Source of the DNA: Chiloscyllium plagiosum | Lineage: Eukaryota | Direction of reading: 5' to 3' | Length of the DNA stretch: 56,355 bases | NCBI RefSeq assembly: GCF_004010195.1 | Contig: NW_025214961.1 | Coordinates: 1 to 56,355, forward strand | Part shown: positions 12,740-25,422 of the stretch, piece by piece | Numbering within the stretch: position 1 is the stretch's first letter | Layout: each line of letters opens with the position of its first letter | Made by a program: the position numbers and the translations under genes | The notes under the pieces: model-generated | Seen by the model: only the letters and a program-made list of their open reading frames with translations | Told to the model about the DNA's origin: nothing | Databases searched by the model: none

Positions 12740-15700
12740 TTCCCACTGCAGAGATTACACCACAGGATACTGAAAACAAGTAATTTCCATGGGAAGTGCA
12801 GATTGTTGTATCTGACACAAGCCTGTTCTGCACTCCAGAATCTTCGCAAGTCATGCAGCTGCAAAAGACCCACTAGAGCTCACTTATGCGAGAAGCCTTG
12901 TTATAAAGGTGCAACCACTGAATATAATAAGACACAAACAAAAGATTGTAGCAGCGACAAGGCCCAGCATCTGCATAAGCGCAAAAACAGACATTAGGTT
13001 TACAACAAGACAGACCGGGGTGAAGACTAGAGTTGAAGAACATTCAGTCTAAAGCTAAACAAGCTTTCCATAATATGGATGTGACACATCGTGTGAACAA
13101 AATCACTTAGAACCTTTTATCACTATTGACATAATTACCTGAAGAAAATTTGTCAAACGCATGTTCAAGACTGGTATCAATATTAGAGCTAGTGCAAACA
13201 TCCAGTCAAAATTCCAAATACTAACTCCCTGGATTGTGAGAAAGTTAAAGATACAACCTCCACAAGTAAAACTGATGGCATGTGATGAGTTGCATATCCT
13301 TCGTGTTGGAGTATTCACCATGCAATGCAGTTATAGCAGTTCTACGTGGAAACTACAGTATTTTACCTGGTGGACATGAAAGGACCAACAATAATAAGAC
13401 TGCCAGCCTGTATAGATCTCAACATTATAACCTTTCATAAAATTACCAGTCACAGCAGAAGATGGAAGGACTGCTCACATTGAATTGGTCCAGGATTTGC
13501 AACAGTAATACTTGCGTGGACTCGACACCACAGGAAACTTTAAAGATCATGTTATATTACATCTCCAAAAGTTCTGTCAGCCTGGAAGTTGGTCGACTCT
13601 CCCAGAAAGTCCAACATTCACACAGGAGAAAAGCTTATGAGTAAGCCTGACCAAATGGAGCGTAATGGTATAATCCATAATACACACCAGCTCAGACTGG
13701 AATGGTTCTATGTTGTGCATTCTAAAAAAAGATGGCATCAAGGTATGTTTGAATCTGAGATCTCTAGACTTTTAAAAATATGCTCATGAAAATTTTCAAC
13801 ATTAGGAAAATTGAATGACAAATTCATAGGAACTAAATTCTTTACAAGTCTGGATGCCAAGAATGCATGTTCCTTTACTTGGCAAAGGAAGCTCAACAAA
13901 TCACTACTTTCAGAACACCATTTGAAATATATTGCTTCCAGAGACCAAGTTACAATCTGTCAGGCAGGATCTGTTCCAACAGCATATGGGCAGAATTAAA
14001 GAATTTGTGGACGAATATGAATTGCTGATGATTTTTACTATCACTATGTCAAGGAGGAGCACAACATTACACTCACTGACAATAGTGCGCCATGAAGTAT
14101 TTGTCTTCAACAGCAAGAAGTGAATGCATGTCAGATCATTTTGTTTTTGGCTCTATTCAGATTATAGGATCAGCTTGATCTAGGCAAACTTAAAGACATG
14201 CTTACATTCCAAGTCAAAGAACACCTCCAGCGATATTGCTGATATATTTTAACTTCTCAGCACATACCTACAAACTGTTCTAATCAACATTAGAAAGCTG
14301 TTAAGGATAGAAGTCCTGTGGTGTTGTCGATAGAAACATGTATCCTACAAATCTGACCGATGGAAGAAGACACTCCTGAAAGTCATTACATCATGCCAGA
14401 TTGCAAACAAGTCATGTCAAGAGCAGTTTTTTTATTCCAACGTAGAGCATGAAATACATGTTTAGTTGTTACGTATCCCAAGATGTTGTACATATCTGTT
14501 CCATAAGGAATTCATTGGAAACCGATCATGAACCATTGAAAAGAATTTGGGGAAAGTCAGAGTGAACCAGTTAAACTACAGCTACTCCAGACTAATGCAA
14601 ATTTTGATGTCTGCTTTAGTTTTGGTAGCAAAATGGCTACCTCAGATATATTAAGCAAATTACCAAATCTAATAAGGATGCAGAAACTGCAGTAGATTTA
14701 CAAGTAGATCTTGTAGCCTACTAAGTGGAAAATGTGCTTAAGGTCAATATTTGGTGCATTTTGATCAGTGCGAATGCAACCAACTTCAAGAAGGAACAGC
14801 TATTGTTTCATGACTGACAACACAGGGAAAGTTATCATAGAAGGATGGCCTGACATTTAGTCATTTCAAGGTGAACTTAATATCTCAAGAAGTGTTATTT
14901 TATTTAACAGAAAGCAAGTGTTTGTGCCCAAAGCACTGTAATAGTTACTCTGAGGCATATGGGCATAGAGCAAATAAAAGCCATAGCAATGGATACTGTA
15001 TTGATCCCTGGCAAATACAATAACACCAAGAAGGTAATAAGGATTTGTGAGGTATGCTGGAGTCACCAGTGAAAAAGCTGGATCATCTTATTTGTGCGCT
15101 ATACCACCAGGTATAGGCTTATAAGTACCAACTGTTTGGAAGACAAGCTAAGCTATCGCAAGTCCAAGTTGGAAAAGTAAAAAATCATGAAGATAGCACA
15201 TGATCAACATGCAGGTGTGGTAGTACCTAGAGTCAAGATTAGAGTGGTGCTGCAAAAGCACAGCAGGTCAGGCAGCATCTGAGGAGCAGGAAAATCGATG
15301 TTTCCTGATGAAGGGCTTTTGCCCGAAACATCGATTTTCCTGCTTCTCGGATGCTGCCTGACCTGCAGTGCTTTTCCAGCACCATTCTAATCTTGACTCT
15401 AATCTCCAGCATCTGCAGTACCCACTTTCGCCCTGTAGTAGTACCTAATCTACGTGTAGATCAGAATCATATGTCCTACCCAAGAAACCTGGTAGTGAGA
15501 TATTCAAAGTGTACAGTGAGCCTAGATTCTTCAAAGTGACGGACCAACATTTGAGGAGAAATTGAAACCAACTCTGGAAACTGTACAGTTCTGCAAGTGT
15601 GTACAGAGCACACACACAACTATGTTCAGATGATCAGTCAAGAACATGCAAGTATGAAGTCTGATCTCCCAAAGCCACTCCCTGATGGCAGGAGAGGAGA

Positions 15701-15900
15701 TGCTATGCTACTGTTTTCAGAGTTGACAATGCTAACGAGCCATGGCCCAGCCACTCAAGGATATCCGTTTGCTAGTCTAAAGAATGTATATATAACTTTC
15801 AGTTCCAGCGCAACTCATCAAATTGTCTTTGAAGTAAACCTGTTGGGGATTTTCAAGTAAATTGATCCTCCGCTTCAAACCAAACTAGATTTAGTGCGAA
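12740..15900 (+). mobile_element. Highly decayed Gypsy/Ty3 LTR-retrotransposon pol remnant (possible LTR/gag part at ~9480-10250)
   Basis: Protease-like MFKTG..RASANI (13161), RT-like KFFTSLDAKNA (13811) followed by TTF.TPF-like frame. Confidence 0.6.
15230..15433 (+). mobile_element. Fold-back Penelope-terminus insertion with hammerhead motif (15305-15332)
   Basis: ~75 bp inverted arms; CTGATGA-A-GGGC-TTTT-GCCC-GAAACATC; 14 bp TSD with 1 mismatch (15216-15229 / 15434-15447). Confidence 0.8.
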
Positions 15901-16351
15901 ATGTTTAAGATTATCAATACAGTACCATCTGCATAGGATTATAGGATCCCTTGACATTATTTCAAGGGTGCTATCCTTGATATCCTGGCCATTTTAGACC
16001 CTCAATTATCTTTCAAGAATTAATTTGTTTGTTTTCTCATTGTTGTTTATAAGAGCATGCTATATGTAAAATAGCTGTTCCATTTTCAATGTTATAACAC
16101 TGATTACATTTCTCAAGTGCTTAATTGGCTGTCAAGTGTTTTGGACTGTTCAGTAATCATCAAAGGCACCTATAAATGCAGTTCAGTTGCCTGTAATGGG
16201 CTTTGCATGTAAATTTCTAATTGGCTATATGGGTGATTTACTGGTAGCAGGTGATGGTTTAAATAAAAGTCTGTGATTCGGTAGTGGGGGATAAAAATGC
16301 TTGTTTTTTTTGTTAGAGCACTTCTGAATATAAGAGAAAAAATTGCAAATC

Positions 16352-16710
16352 AGAGGTCTTGTGATGCAGTGGAAGTGTTCTACCCACTGGGCCAGTCAGC
16401 TTGGATTTAAGTCCCACCTTCCTTCCAAGTGGGTTGTGATGGGACCAAACAAATTGATCAAAAAGTTCTGTTCGGAGAATTTGAGGCATAGGTAGAGTCC
16501 CAACCTCTCGACCAGGAGGCCGGCTTCAAATATCACTTACCTAGTGACCTCTGAACAGGTTGGTTAGAAAATGTCTAGAAATGGAAGTCAGGGCTTTTGT
16601 ACAGTTGGTAGTGTCCCTGCCTCTGAGCCAGGAAGCCTTGGTTCAAGTCCCACCCACTCCAGAAGTGTGGAGTAGCACCTCTAAACAGGTTAATTAGAAG
16701 GCATCTGTAA
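16352..16710 (+). repeat. Three tandem diverged tRNA-derived SINE-like units
   Basis: Each unit has GGTAGTGTCCC..CTCTGAGCCAG..GGTTCAAGTCCCAC..AACAGGTT.ATTAGAA-like sequence at ~120 bp spacing. Confidence 0.55.
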
Positions 16711-17644
16711 GTCAAGAGGCTGTAAGAAGTTATTAAGACAGATAACCTTTTCTAAAGCGCTAGGTTTTGAGGATAAGAGAGAGATTAAAGAGCTCAGTCC
16801 TGAGCAGCAGTACAATGAAATTTAGGTATATCTGAGTAATCAAAAATAGAGTGCAGAAATCTCAAAGGAATAAAAGGGGTCACTGACAAGGAAGGGTGAG
16901 GTTATGGAAGAATTTCAAAATGTGGATAAGAATTTAAAAATACAGTTGTTGGGAAATGCAGGTCAGCAAGCACTAGAGTAATAGTTGTTTGGGACTTCTG
17001 TAAGTTGAGCACAGCAAAGTTTTAGGTGAGGTAAGTTAACAGAAGATGAGATCCATTGACATTCAAATTCAGAAGAAACAGAAATGGATGAGGACTTTAG
17101 CAAGTGATGAATGATGGGGAAAGCATGTAAGGCTATTAGAAGTGGAGGGAGTAGATTATTTAATGATAGAACAGTCATGTACTTGGAAGCTCATCATGGG
17201 GTCAGGATTGGCACCAAGGTCGTGAACTGTTGTTTTCAACCTCAAATGGTTTCTAGGGAGAGTTGGAGTCACTGGAATTTGAGACCGGGTCAACGGCATT
17301 AACCATTCAATATCATTTAATTTAGATCATTTACATTGTGACTCCACTCATCCCACTTTGTTCCATAATCTTAAAACTCTTACCTCTTAAAAATATCAGT
17401 CTCTGCTTTATGATTTTCAGTGGACTTAATTCCAAACGTTTTGGGGAGTGAGAATTCCCAGTTATCTCAACTGAACTCTCCTCCTGACATGTTCAAGTAT
17501 GACTTTATGTGGAATTTGAAGATTTTGAGTTCCAGTACACACCACAAGAAAACAAAAGCAATACAGAATTAGTTTAAAGCATTCATGTATTCTCGGCACT
17601 CTGTTTTAAAACCAATATTTAGTGATGAACAGAAAGAGGTAATA

Positions 17645-18226
17645 TTTCAGGTCAAAGGTCATGTTGCAGCTTTACAGTACATTGGTTAGGCCACTTTTGG
17701 AATGTTGCGTGCAATTCTGGTCTCGTTCCTAATGGAAAGATGTTGTGAAACTCAAAAGGGTTCAGAAAAGATTTACAAGGATTTTACCATGGTTGAAGGA
17801 ATTGAACTATGAGAGGCTGAATAGACTGGGGCTGTTTTTCCTTGAGCATCAGAGGCTGTTGCCTTATAGAGGTTTGTAAAATCATGAGGTGCATGGATAG
17901 AGTATATAGACAAAGTTTTTTCCCTGGGGTGAGGGAGTCCAGAACTAGAGGGCATAGGTTTTAAGGTGAGAGGGAGAAGATTTAAAAGGGACCTAAGGGG
18001 CAACATTTTCATGCAGAGGGTGGTGTGTGTATATGGAATAAGCTGCCAGAGGAAGTGCTGGAGGCCAGTACAATTGCAACATTTAAAAGGCATCTGAATG
18101 GGTATATGAATAGGGAGGGTTTAGAGGGGTATGGGCCAAGTGCTGGCAAATGGGACTGGATTAGGTTAGGATATCTGGTCGGCGTGGACAAGCTGTTTCC
18201 ATGCTGTACATCTCTATGACTCTATA
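17645..18226 (+). mobile_element. HER1/CR1 LINE 3' end
   Basis: WNKLPEEVLEASTIATFKRHLNGYM C-terminal motif; CTCTATGA tail. Confidence 0.88.
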
Positions 18227-18879
18227 ATTGGCCCTTCTTCAGAATTGAAGATAAAATATAACCGTTTTTAAACTTGTGAAAGGAGGTATACGCAGGAACA
18301 ACAAAAAAAAAGCTGTGGAAGGGCGGGGTGCATGAAAGATTAAATTACAAAGATTTTCACGATGGAGCAGAGAGTGATAATGGGTTTGGTGACAAAGTAA
18401 GGTTATCCAAATGAGGCCTGAGTAGCTGCATGAAAACTGAATGCAACATGATGTGATAAAGAAATAAGACACTACCAACCCAGCAGGATTTTTAAAAAAT
18501 CAAAATTAAGCCAGAGGTTATTGTCTAAAGTATTGAATTCAAAAGTAAAGTTTCCATCCTCCTTGAATTCAGATGAAAGGTCGCTGAACCTGAAAATCTA
18601 ACTCTATCTCCCTACTGTGCAACCTGCTGAATTTTTCCACGTTTTTTTTGATCTTCGTTTATGACATCCACCATCTGCAATATCTTGATTTTGTATTTTG
18701 TAAGTTGCTCTGTTTTGAATTGCAATAATCAGTGAAATATTGTTGATATATTTTAATGTTCTGAAGTAAATTGATATTTTGTTCTGTAAAGTATCTGATG
18801 TATCACACAGTTTCAATAATAAATAGTTGAGCCATATTCATCGGCAATTCCTCTTCAGTTGCAATATCCAGCTAAATTT

Positions 18880-20715
18880 TGGATTTAAGTAACGCTGCTG
18901 TGCAAAGGGACCTGGGTATCCTCATGTACGAATCACAAAAGGTTAGTTTGCAAGTGCAGCAGGTAACTAAGAAGGGAAATATAACATTGTCTTTAATTGC
19001 TCGTGCGATGGAGTTTAAAAATAGGGAGGTTACACTGCAGCTACATAAAGTGCTGGTGAGATCATAACTGGAATCGAAAAGTGCGGCGCTGGAGAAGCAC
19101 AAGAGGTCAGGCAGCATCCAAGGAGCAGGAGAGTCGATATTTCAGGGACGGTCTACATGCTATAGAAAAGCGATCCCTTATTCCCAATGCCTCCGCCGTA
19201 TCTGTTCCCAGGAGGGACAATTCTACTCCAGGCCATGCTATTTCAAGGACCTCAATTTCCCCTTCCATGTGTCCTCCAGCACATCTCCACTTCCCACACC
19301 TCCGCTCTTGAATATCATCACTCCAACTGCAACAAAAATACCGCACTCCCCAGCCCTCACCTTCCACCCCACTAATCTCCAGATACAGCACATTATCCTC
19401 CGCCATTTCCATCACCTACAATCAGATCCCTTGCCACTACATGAGGTATAAAACCTGTGCCCACACCTTCCTCCTCATCTCCGTCCAAGGCTCCAAAGGA
19501 TCTTTTCACATCCGGCAGAGATTTTTCTGCACATCCAACCACCTCAACTTCTGTGACCGTTGCACTTGATATGGTCTCCTCTATATTGGGAAGACAGGCC
19601 ACCAACTCGCAGAGCGTTTCAGGAAACATCTCTGGGATGTTTGCGTCAAACAACCCCTTCGCTTTGTGGCCAACTACTTCAACTTCCCATTCCACTCCCC
19701 CAAGGACATGCAAATGCTGGGCCGCTTCCACCACCAAATCAAAGCCACCCAACATCTGGAGGAAGAACATCTCCTCTTCCTTCTTGGGACTCTTCAATCT
19801 CATGGCATCAGCATCAAATTCACTAGTTTCCAAATCTCCCCTCCCCCCATCTCATCCCAGATTCAACCCTTCAATGTGGAACTGCCGTCTTGACCTGTCA
19901 TACCTGTCCATCTTTCCCACCTATCCGCTTCACCCTCCTCACTGACCTATCCCCTCCTGTATCCACCAGTCGCCTTCTCCACAACCTTCCCCCCACACCC
20001 CTATTTATTTTTCAGCCCCTTATCCCTCTACGTTCCTAATGAATGTCTTATGCCCAAAATGTAGACTGTCCTGCTCCTCGAATACTGCCTGACCTGCTGT
20101 GCCTTTCCAGCACATCACTTTGTGACTCTGATTCTCCATCATCTGCAGTCCTCACTTTCTCCCAGGCCACACCTGGAGTACATTGTACAGTTTTGGTCTT
20201 CTTACTTGAGTAGGGATGTACTGACACTGGAAGGGGTACAGAGGAGGTTCACTGGGCTGATTCTAGAGATCAAAGTGCTACCTTATGAAGAGTGATTGAG
20301 TAGACTGGGACTACTCATTGGAATTTAGACAAATGAGGGAGGTTCTCATAGAAACATATAAAATTTGAAGGGAATGGATAAGTTAGAAGCAGGGAGGTTG
20401 TTTCCACTGGCAGGTGAAGCTAGACCCAGGGGCATAGCCTTAAGATAAGGGGGAGTAGATTTAGGACTGAGTCAAGGAGGAACTTATTCACCCAAAGAGT
20501 TGTGAATCTGAAATTTCCTGCCCATTGAAGCAGTTGAGGCTACCTTGTTGAATGTTTTTAAAGTAGTGTTTTTTGAACAGCAAAGGAATTAAGGGTTATG
20601 TGAGTGGGTGGCTAAGTGGAGCTGAATCCATGAAATGATCAGCCATGATCTTATTGAATGGTGGAGCAGACTCGACAGGCTAGATGGCCGACTCTGCTCA
20701 TATTCCTTATGTTTA
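18880..20715 (+). mobile_element. CR1 LINE 3' part, split by the Penelope insertion at 19072-20163
   Basis: QRDLGIL..IARAMEFKNREVTLQLHKVLVR resumes as RPHLEYIVQFWS at ~20165. Confidence 0.8.
19072..20163 (+). mobile_element. 5'-truncated Penelope-like element (probably Neptune-type) with RT thumb and GIY-YIG endonuclease remnants
   Basis: AIPYSQ.LRRICSQE at ~19170; GLLYIGKTGHQLAERFRKH at ~19573; ORF 19666..19893 VANYFNFPFHS..LEEEHLLFLLGTLQSHGISIKF; inverted terminal copy at 5' end; 3' terminus with decayed hammerhead at ~20035. Confidence 0.88.
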
Positions 20716-21639
20716 TATATCTTCTTATTATTCATTCATAGCTACATTTTGTGGCTTGAGCTGTTCTTCAGCGTATTATTGATTTTTTTTTCCTCTTGTC
20801 TTTTTGCTTGTTTGTTTGTCTTCCTTGCTTTTTGGTTTATTTTGCTTCTCTTCCTTTGCCGTTACATGATTTCTGCAGGTATAAGCTTCTAGCTATTGCA
20901 TTCAGATTTTCGTTCCCTGCATAGGTCTGTTCTATTACCGATATATTCGACTAGTTTTTTTTCCTGAAGTAACAGAGTATAAAATAAAAATCATTCATGA
21001 GCTTTGCTGGGAGGGCCAACATTTATTGCCAATTCTTAGGCAGTGTAGCAGGTAAATACTGTGGTCTTCCAAAAGGCATTTGCTACAACACCATAAAGTG
21101 GACTTATTTGGAAAATAGAAATGCATATTTCAAGGGCTGCTGAGAATTTGTGTATGAAATTGAACGAGGAAAAGGAGTCAGAAGCCATGGTGAATTGATG
21201 GTTTGATATTGAAGTATTTAGTGGATTGCCCAAATGTGGTATTCGGACAGTTGTTGTTCTTGTGTAGAAATGACCTGGATATAAGTGTTTCAAAGTTTGC
21301 AGATGACCCAAAACTATCCGACTTCTGGAGCACATAGACTGGTGAAATGGGCAGACGCTGTTTAAAACAGGCAAGTCTGACGTGTATTGTGAAAGATTTA
21401 ACGTGGAGAGGCAGGAAAACAAAATGGTACTATTTCAAAGGAGTTGTCAGGGTTCATGACTGAAGAGTTCCTTGAATCCATTTTCTCTTACATAATATGT
21501 CTGTAGTGATTACAGATCTCTACTACTATCAGTAAAGAAAATACCTGCCTACTCCTTAGTCCAATATACAAGTATTGGTATTTTTGTGCACCTTTAGATT
21601 GTAGTTGACGAGCAGTGTAAAAGATGAGCTAAGATCCTG

Positions 21640-22520
21640 AGATGTAAGAGCAGTGTAAGGCCTTTTGGCCCATTTGTGTCTGCTCCATTATTAGATTGTG
21701 GCTAATATGTTTTTTCAACTCATTTCCTAACTCTTCCTGCAACCCTTGCTAATCGAGAACCTACCTATCTTTGTCTTAAAGACACTCAATGACTTGACCC
21801 TCACAGACTTCTGTGGCAATGAGTTCTACAGATTCACCACCCTCCGTATGAAGAAATTGCTCATCATCTCAGTTCTAAAGGGTTGTCCTTTCACTCTGAG
21901 GATGTGCCCTTGGTTCCGTGTCTCCTGCTAATGAAAACCTTCTTCCTGACCCATTCTTCCAAATACACTTGAGAATAGACCCAGAGGCCTCAACCACTCA
22001 TCATGTGATGAGTCCTTCATTCCTGGGATTAATCTTGTGAACCACCTCCTGATACCCTCCAAGGGCAGCACATCCTTCCGTAGATACGGGGCTATAAGCT
22101 ACTTTCAACATTCCAAATGCTGTCTGACCACTGCCTTAAACAGCCTCAGCCGTTCATCCTTGCTCTTGTATTCTAGCCCCCTTGAAATGAATGCTAACAT
22201 TGCATTTGCCTTCATATCACCCAACTGAACCTGCATGGTAATCTTAAGAGAATCCTTAAGCAAGACTTCTAACTCCCTTTGTGCTTGATATAAGAAGCCT
22301 TTCCATATTGAAAAAAATAGTCTATGCCTTTATTCCTATCAGACTATGTAACCTCACACTTAGCCACATTTGTATTCCATCTGTCACTTCACTGCTCACT
22401 CCCCTGGCCTATACAAGACCTTCTCAGCCTTCCCACTTCTTCAACAATACCTCTCCCTCCACCTACTTTTGTGTCATCTTCAATCTTATCAACAAAACCC
22501 TCTGTTCCATTGTGCAGCTA
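21640..22520 (-). mobile_element. Decayed CR1 LINE 3' end
   Basis: Antisense CR1 3' sequence like other copies in the window. Confidence 0.7.
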
Positions 22521-23836
22521 ATGTGTTTAAAATGATAGATTTTCTTTTGTGTGTTTTACATACTGGACAAGATCATCTTCTTTACAACTTATATTTTGGA
22601 AATGATTTGAATACTTTACAAATCTGCTATTTGAGACATATCTGCCGACTAACTAGGGATTGCAACCCTGTTTCTATTTGAGAGTTTTTGCTGCAAACTG
22701 GAAAGGATGACAAATGATTTTTCTGTAGACATTGCGCAGGTTAAATTCCAGCCAGGAATTTACTTTTGAACAAGGGTGTGCTGTATCAATCTGTGATATT
22801 AGTTGACCCTTGTAGATAGCGAAAGAAACATAAAATGTAATGCGTAAGTAGAAATTTACATGGCAGTTTGCTCTTTTTTGGTGTATTTTTTAAGGAAGAT
22901 GTTTCAAAATATTATGCATTTAAGTGGGGGGAAAATTCAATTGAGCACTGAATGAATAGGTTTGGAGAATCTACAGGTGAGGGATGCCTTTCACTTTGTC
23001 CTCGTTAATTCACAGAGAAATGCCCTTTTATTTATATTCTACCTATTATTTAATCCAATTGTTTATAAATGATTCCTTTTAGATCTTTTGCCTTTACTAT
23101 TGTTTTTCTAAAGGTCCATTCCATATATAAGGCATTTTCGTAACAATCATTTTCTTATCAGTCCTAAGTTTGCTTTTCACGCATTTGAGCCAGTTTTCCC
23201 TCTCCCTAGTTAATGCGCAATAATGAAAACAAAATAATGCTTGATAAACTCAGCAGGCCTGGTAGCATCTCTCTCTGTGGAGAGAGAAAAAACAGTGTTA
23301 ACACTGTCCAGTAATACTCATTGGACTTAATGCATTATGTTACCTGTATATTTACAGTCACGTGGTAGAATTTGAAGCCTGTTTCCCAGGCTTCATCTTG
23401 CATTTATTAGACAAATGATAGCATGACAATTTTTAAACAATCACAGTAATTTGTAGCACAAGCTTATTTATTGGTTATCGAAGTGATAGTCATTCTCAAA
23501 CCAGTTTTATGCAAACAGAATGAATATTTCTTGTACACTTTTTCTAAAATGCTGCCAACATAACTGCATGAAAAGGTAATATTGTTGATTGAAAGAAACA
23601 CTTTAGATGCTCTGATTATGGTTGGAATAATTGGGACAAGATATAAAATTATTTACTCACAGGTATTGCAGTCAAAATGCATGAATTTGCCATTGTAGGG
23701 TGAAGGAAGATAAAGGGAGCAGACAACGAAAAAAGGCTTCCTATTCCAGTGCTTTGGCAAGAGATGTACTATTTTTGAATTATTTAGAAGTATTTGGAAT
23801 CTGTAGTTGCTTGTTTTTTCCATGGCAATACCTCAG

Positions 23837-23934
23837 ATATGGAAATGTGTTGCTGGAAAAGCGCAGCAGGTCAGGCAGCATCTAGGGAACAGGAGAATCG
23901 ACGTTTCGGGCATTAGCCCTTCTTCAGGAATCTT
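23837..23934 (-). mobile_element. Single-arm Penelope-terminus insertion with perfect 16 bp TSD
   Basis: CATGGCAATACCTCAG at 23821-23836 and 23935-23950; arm near-identical to 25244 and 32385 copies. Confidence 0.85.
23898..23929 (-). ncRNA. Minimal hammerhead ribozyme motif
   Basis: Minus strand UC-CUGAAGA-A-GGGC-UAAU-GCCC-GAAACGUC-GA. Confidence 0.65.
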
Positions 23935-24756
23935 CATGGCAATACCTCAGTCAATTAGAGTCTACTTGTGAGCTAATCATCTCTTATTCTTTGGTATAAA
24001 TTGTTATGATGCATTTAAATTTTATATTCTTACATTTGCCCAGATGAGTGCAAGACAATGCAGCATGCCTGTTTTCAGCAGTACTTTTATATTCATTTTA
24101 AGTTTTGGTTCCAACTCATTTAATTATTGAACTGACTCCTTCAGCTCTAATACTTGTTTCAGTTTGGTACTGCCTAAAAAAATTAATCAGTTTGCACCTT
24201 TTCTGAATTCAAATTATTAAATTATAGGAACATACATTTTATGTTGAGAACATACTGGTGGATAAAACTGAGAAAAATCTAAAGATGTTTTATATGTATG
24301 TTAGGTAAAAGTGGGAAGAATGGGGTCTTTTAGACGTCAAAAGGCTAACCTACTTATGAAGGCGAAAGATCTTGCTGAATATTTCAAGTCTCTTCACAAA
24401 AGAGAAGAATAAGCAGACATTGTTAACGGGAAGAAGCATGAAATATTAGGTGGAATAAACATAGCGAAGAAATGTTGACATTTTTAAATGTAGATAATTC
24501 ATCAAGTCTATTTGAACTATATCCTACCTTGTTAAAAGAAGCAAGGGAGAAATTTATTTTTCATTCTTCCCTGGCTACCGGAGCGTTACAAGAGAAGTAG
24601 AGACTTAGAACACAATACTGTTGCTTAAAAAGGCTGGAATGGAAAATTCAATTTAGATAAAATTTAAGTCAGTTAGCTTAATTTTGGTTGTGGGAAAATT
24701 ATTGGAATCAATTCTGAGGGAAGATCTACATCTTGATGTAGAAATGAATAGATTAA

Positions 24757-24957
24757 GTTAAAAATCACACAACAGCAGGTTATAGTCCAACAGGTTTAAT
24801 TGGAAGCACACTAGCTTTCGGAGCGACGCTCCTTCATCAGGTGATTGTCACCTGATGAAGGAGTGAAGTGCTTCCAATTAAACCTGTTGGACTATAACCT
24901 GCTGTTGTGTGATTTTTAACTTTGTACACCCCAGTCCAACACCAGCATCTCCGAATC
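24757..24957 (+). mobile_element. Fold-back putative Penelope-terminus insertion, 13 bp TSD
   Basis: Inverted arms 24757-24843 / 24849-24920; ATGAATAGATTAA at 24744-24756 and 24958-24970. Confidence 0.8.
24809..24843 (-). ncRNA. Minimal type I hammerhead ribozyme motif, intact
   Basis: Minus strand CAC-CUGAUGA-A-GGAGC-GUC-GCUCC-GAAAGCUA-GUG: full core, 3 bp stem I, 5 bp stem II, palindromic AGCU stem III. Confidence 0.75.
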
Positions 24958-25243
24958 ATGAATAGATTAAAGTTAGCATGGACCTCTTAAGGGAATGCCA
25001 TAATCTGATTAATTTAATTAAATGTTTTGAGAAGGTGACCAGTAAAAGTGATTAGGGCTGTATGTAGTGGCTGTTTACATGGATTTTAGCAAGACAATTG
25101 TCAAAGTCCCACATGGCAGTGTGGTCAAAAACTTGGGATCTGATCAACCCCTTGGGAGTCCAAAGGGAAATGACAAATTGGATTCAGAATTGGTTTTGTG
25201 TCAGGAATCAAAGAATACTGGTGGAAGGGTATTTTTAAAATAT

Positions 25244-25422
25244 GCTGAAAATGTGTTGCTGGAAAAGCGCAGCAGGTCAGGCAGCATCCAAGGAACAGGA
25301 GAATCGACGTTTCGGGCATAAGCCCTTCTTCAGGAATCAGCCTGTTCCTTGGATGCTGCCTGACCTGCGCTTTTCCAGCAACACATTTTCAGCTCTGATC
25401 TGCAGCCCTCACTTTCTCCTCC
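25244..25422 (+). mobile_element. Fold-back Penelope-terminus insertion, 15 bp TSD, hammerhead on minus strand (25306-25333)
   Basis: TATTTTTAAAATATG at 25230-25244 and 25423-25437; tail CTGCAG.CCTCACTTTCTCC shared with 19072-20163 element. Confidence 0.85.

Noticed and set aside
19081..19945. Long alternative-frame ORFs (e.g. 19457..19945 +, 19393..19833 -)
   Set aside because: Off-frame or antisense readings of the decayed Penelope ORF
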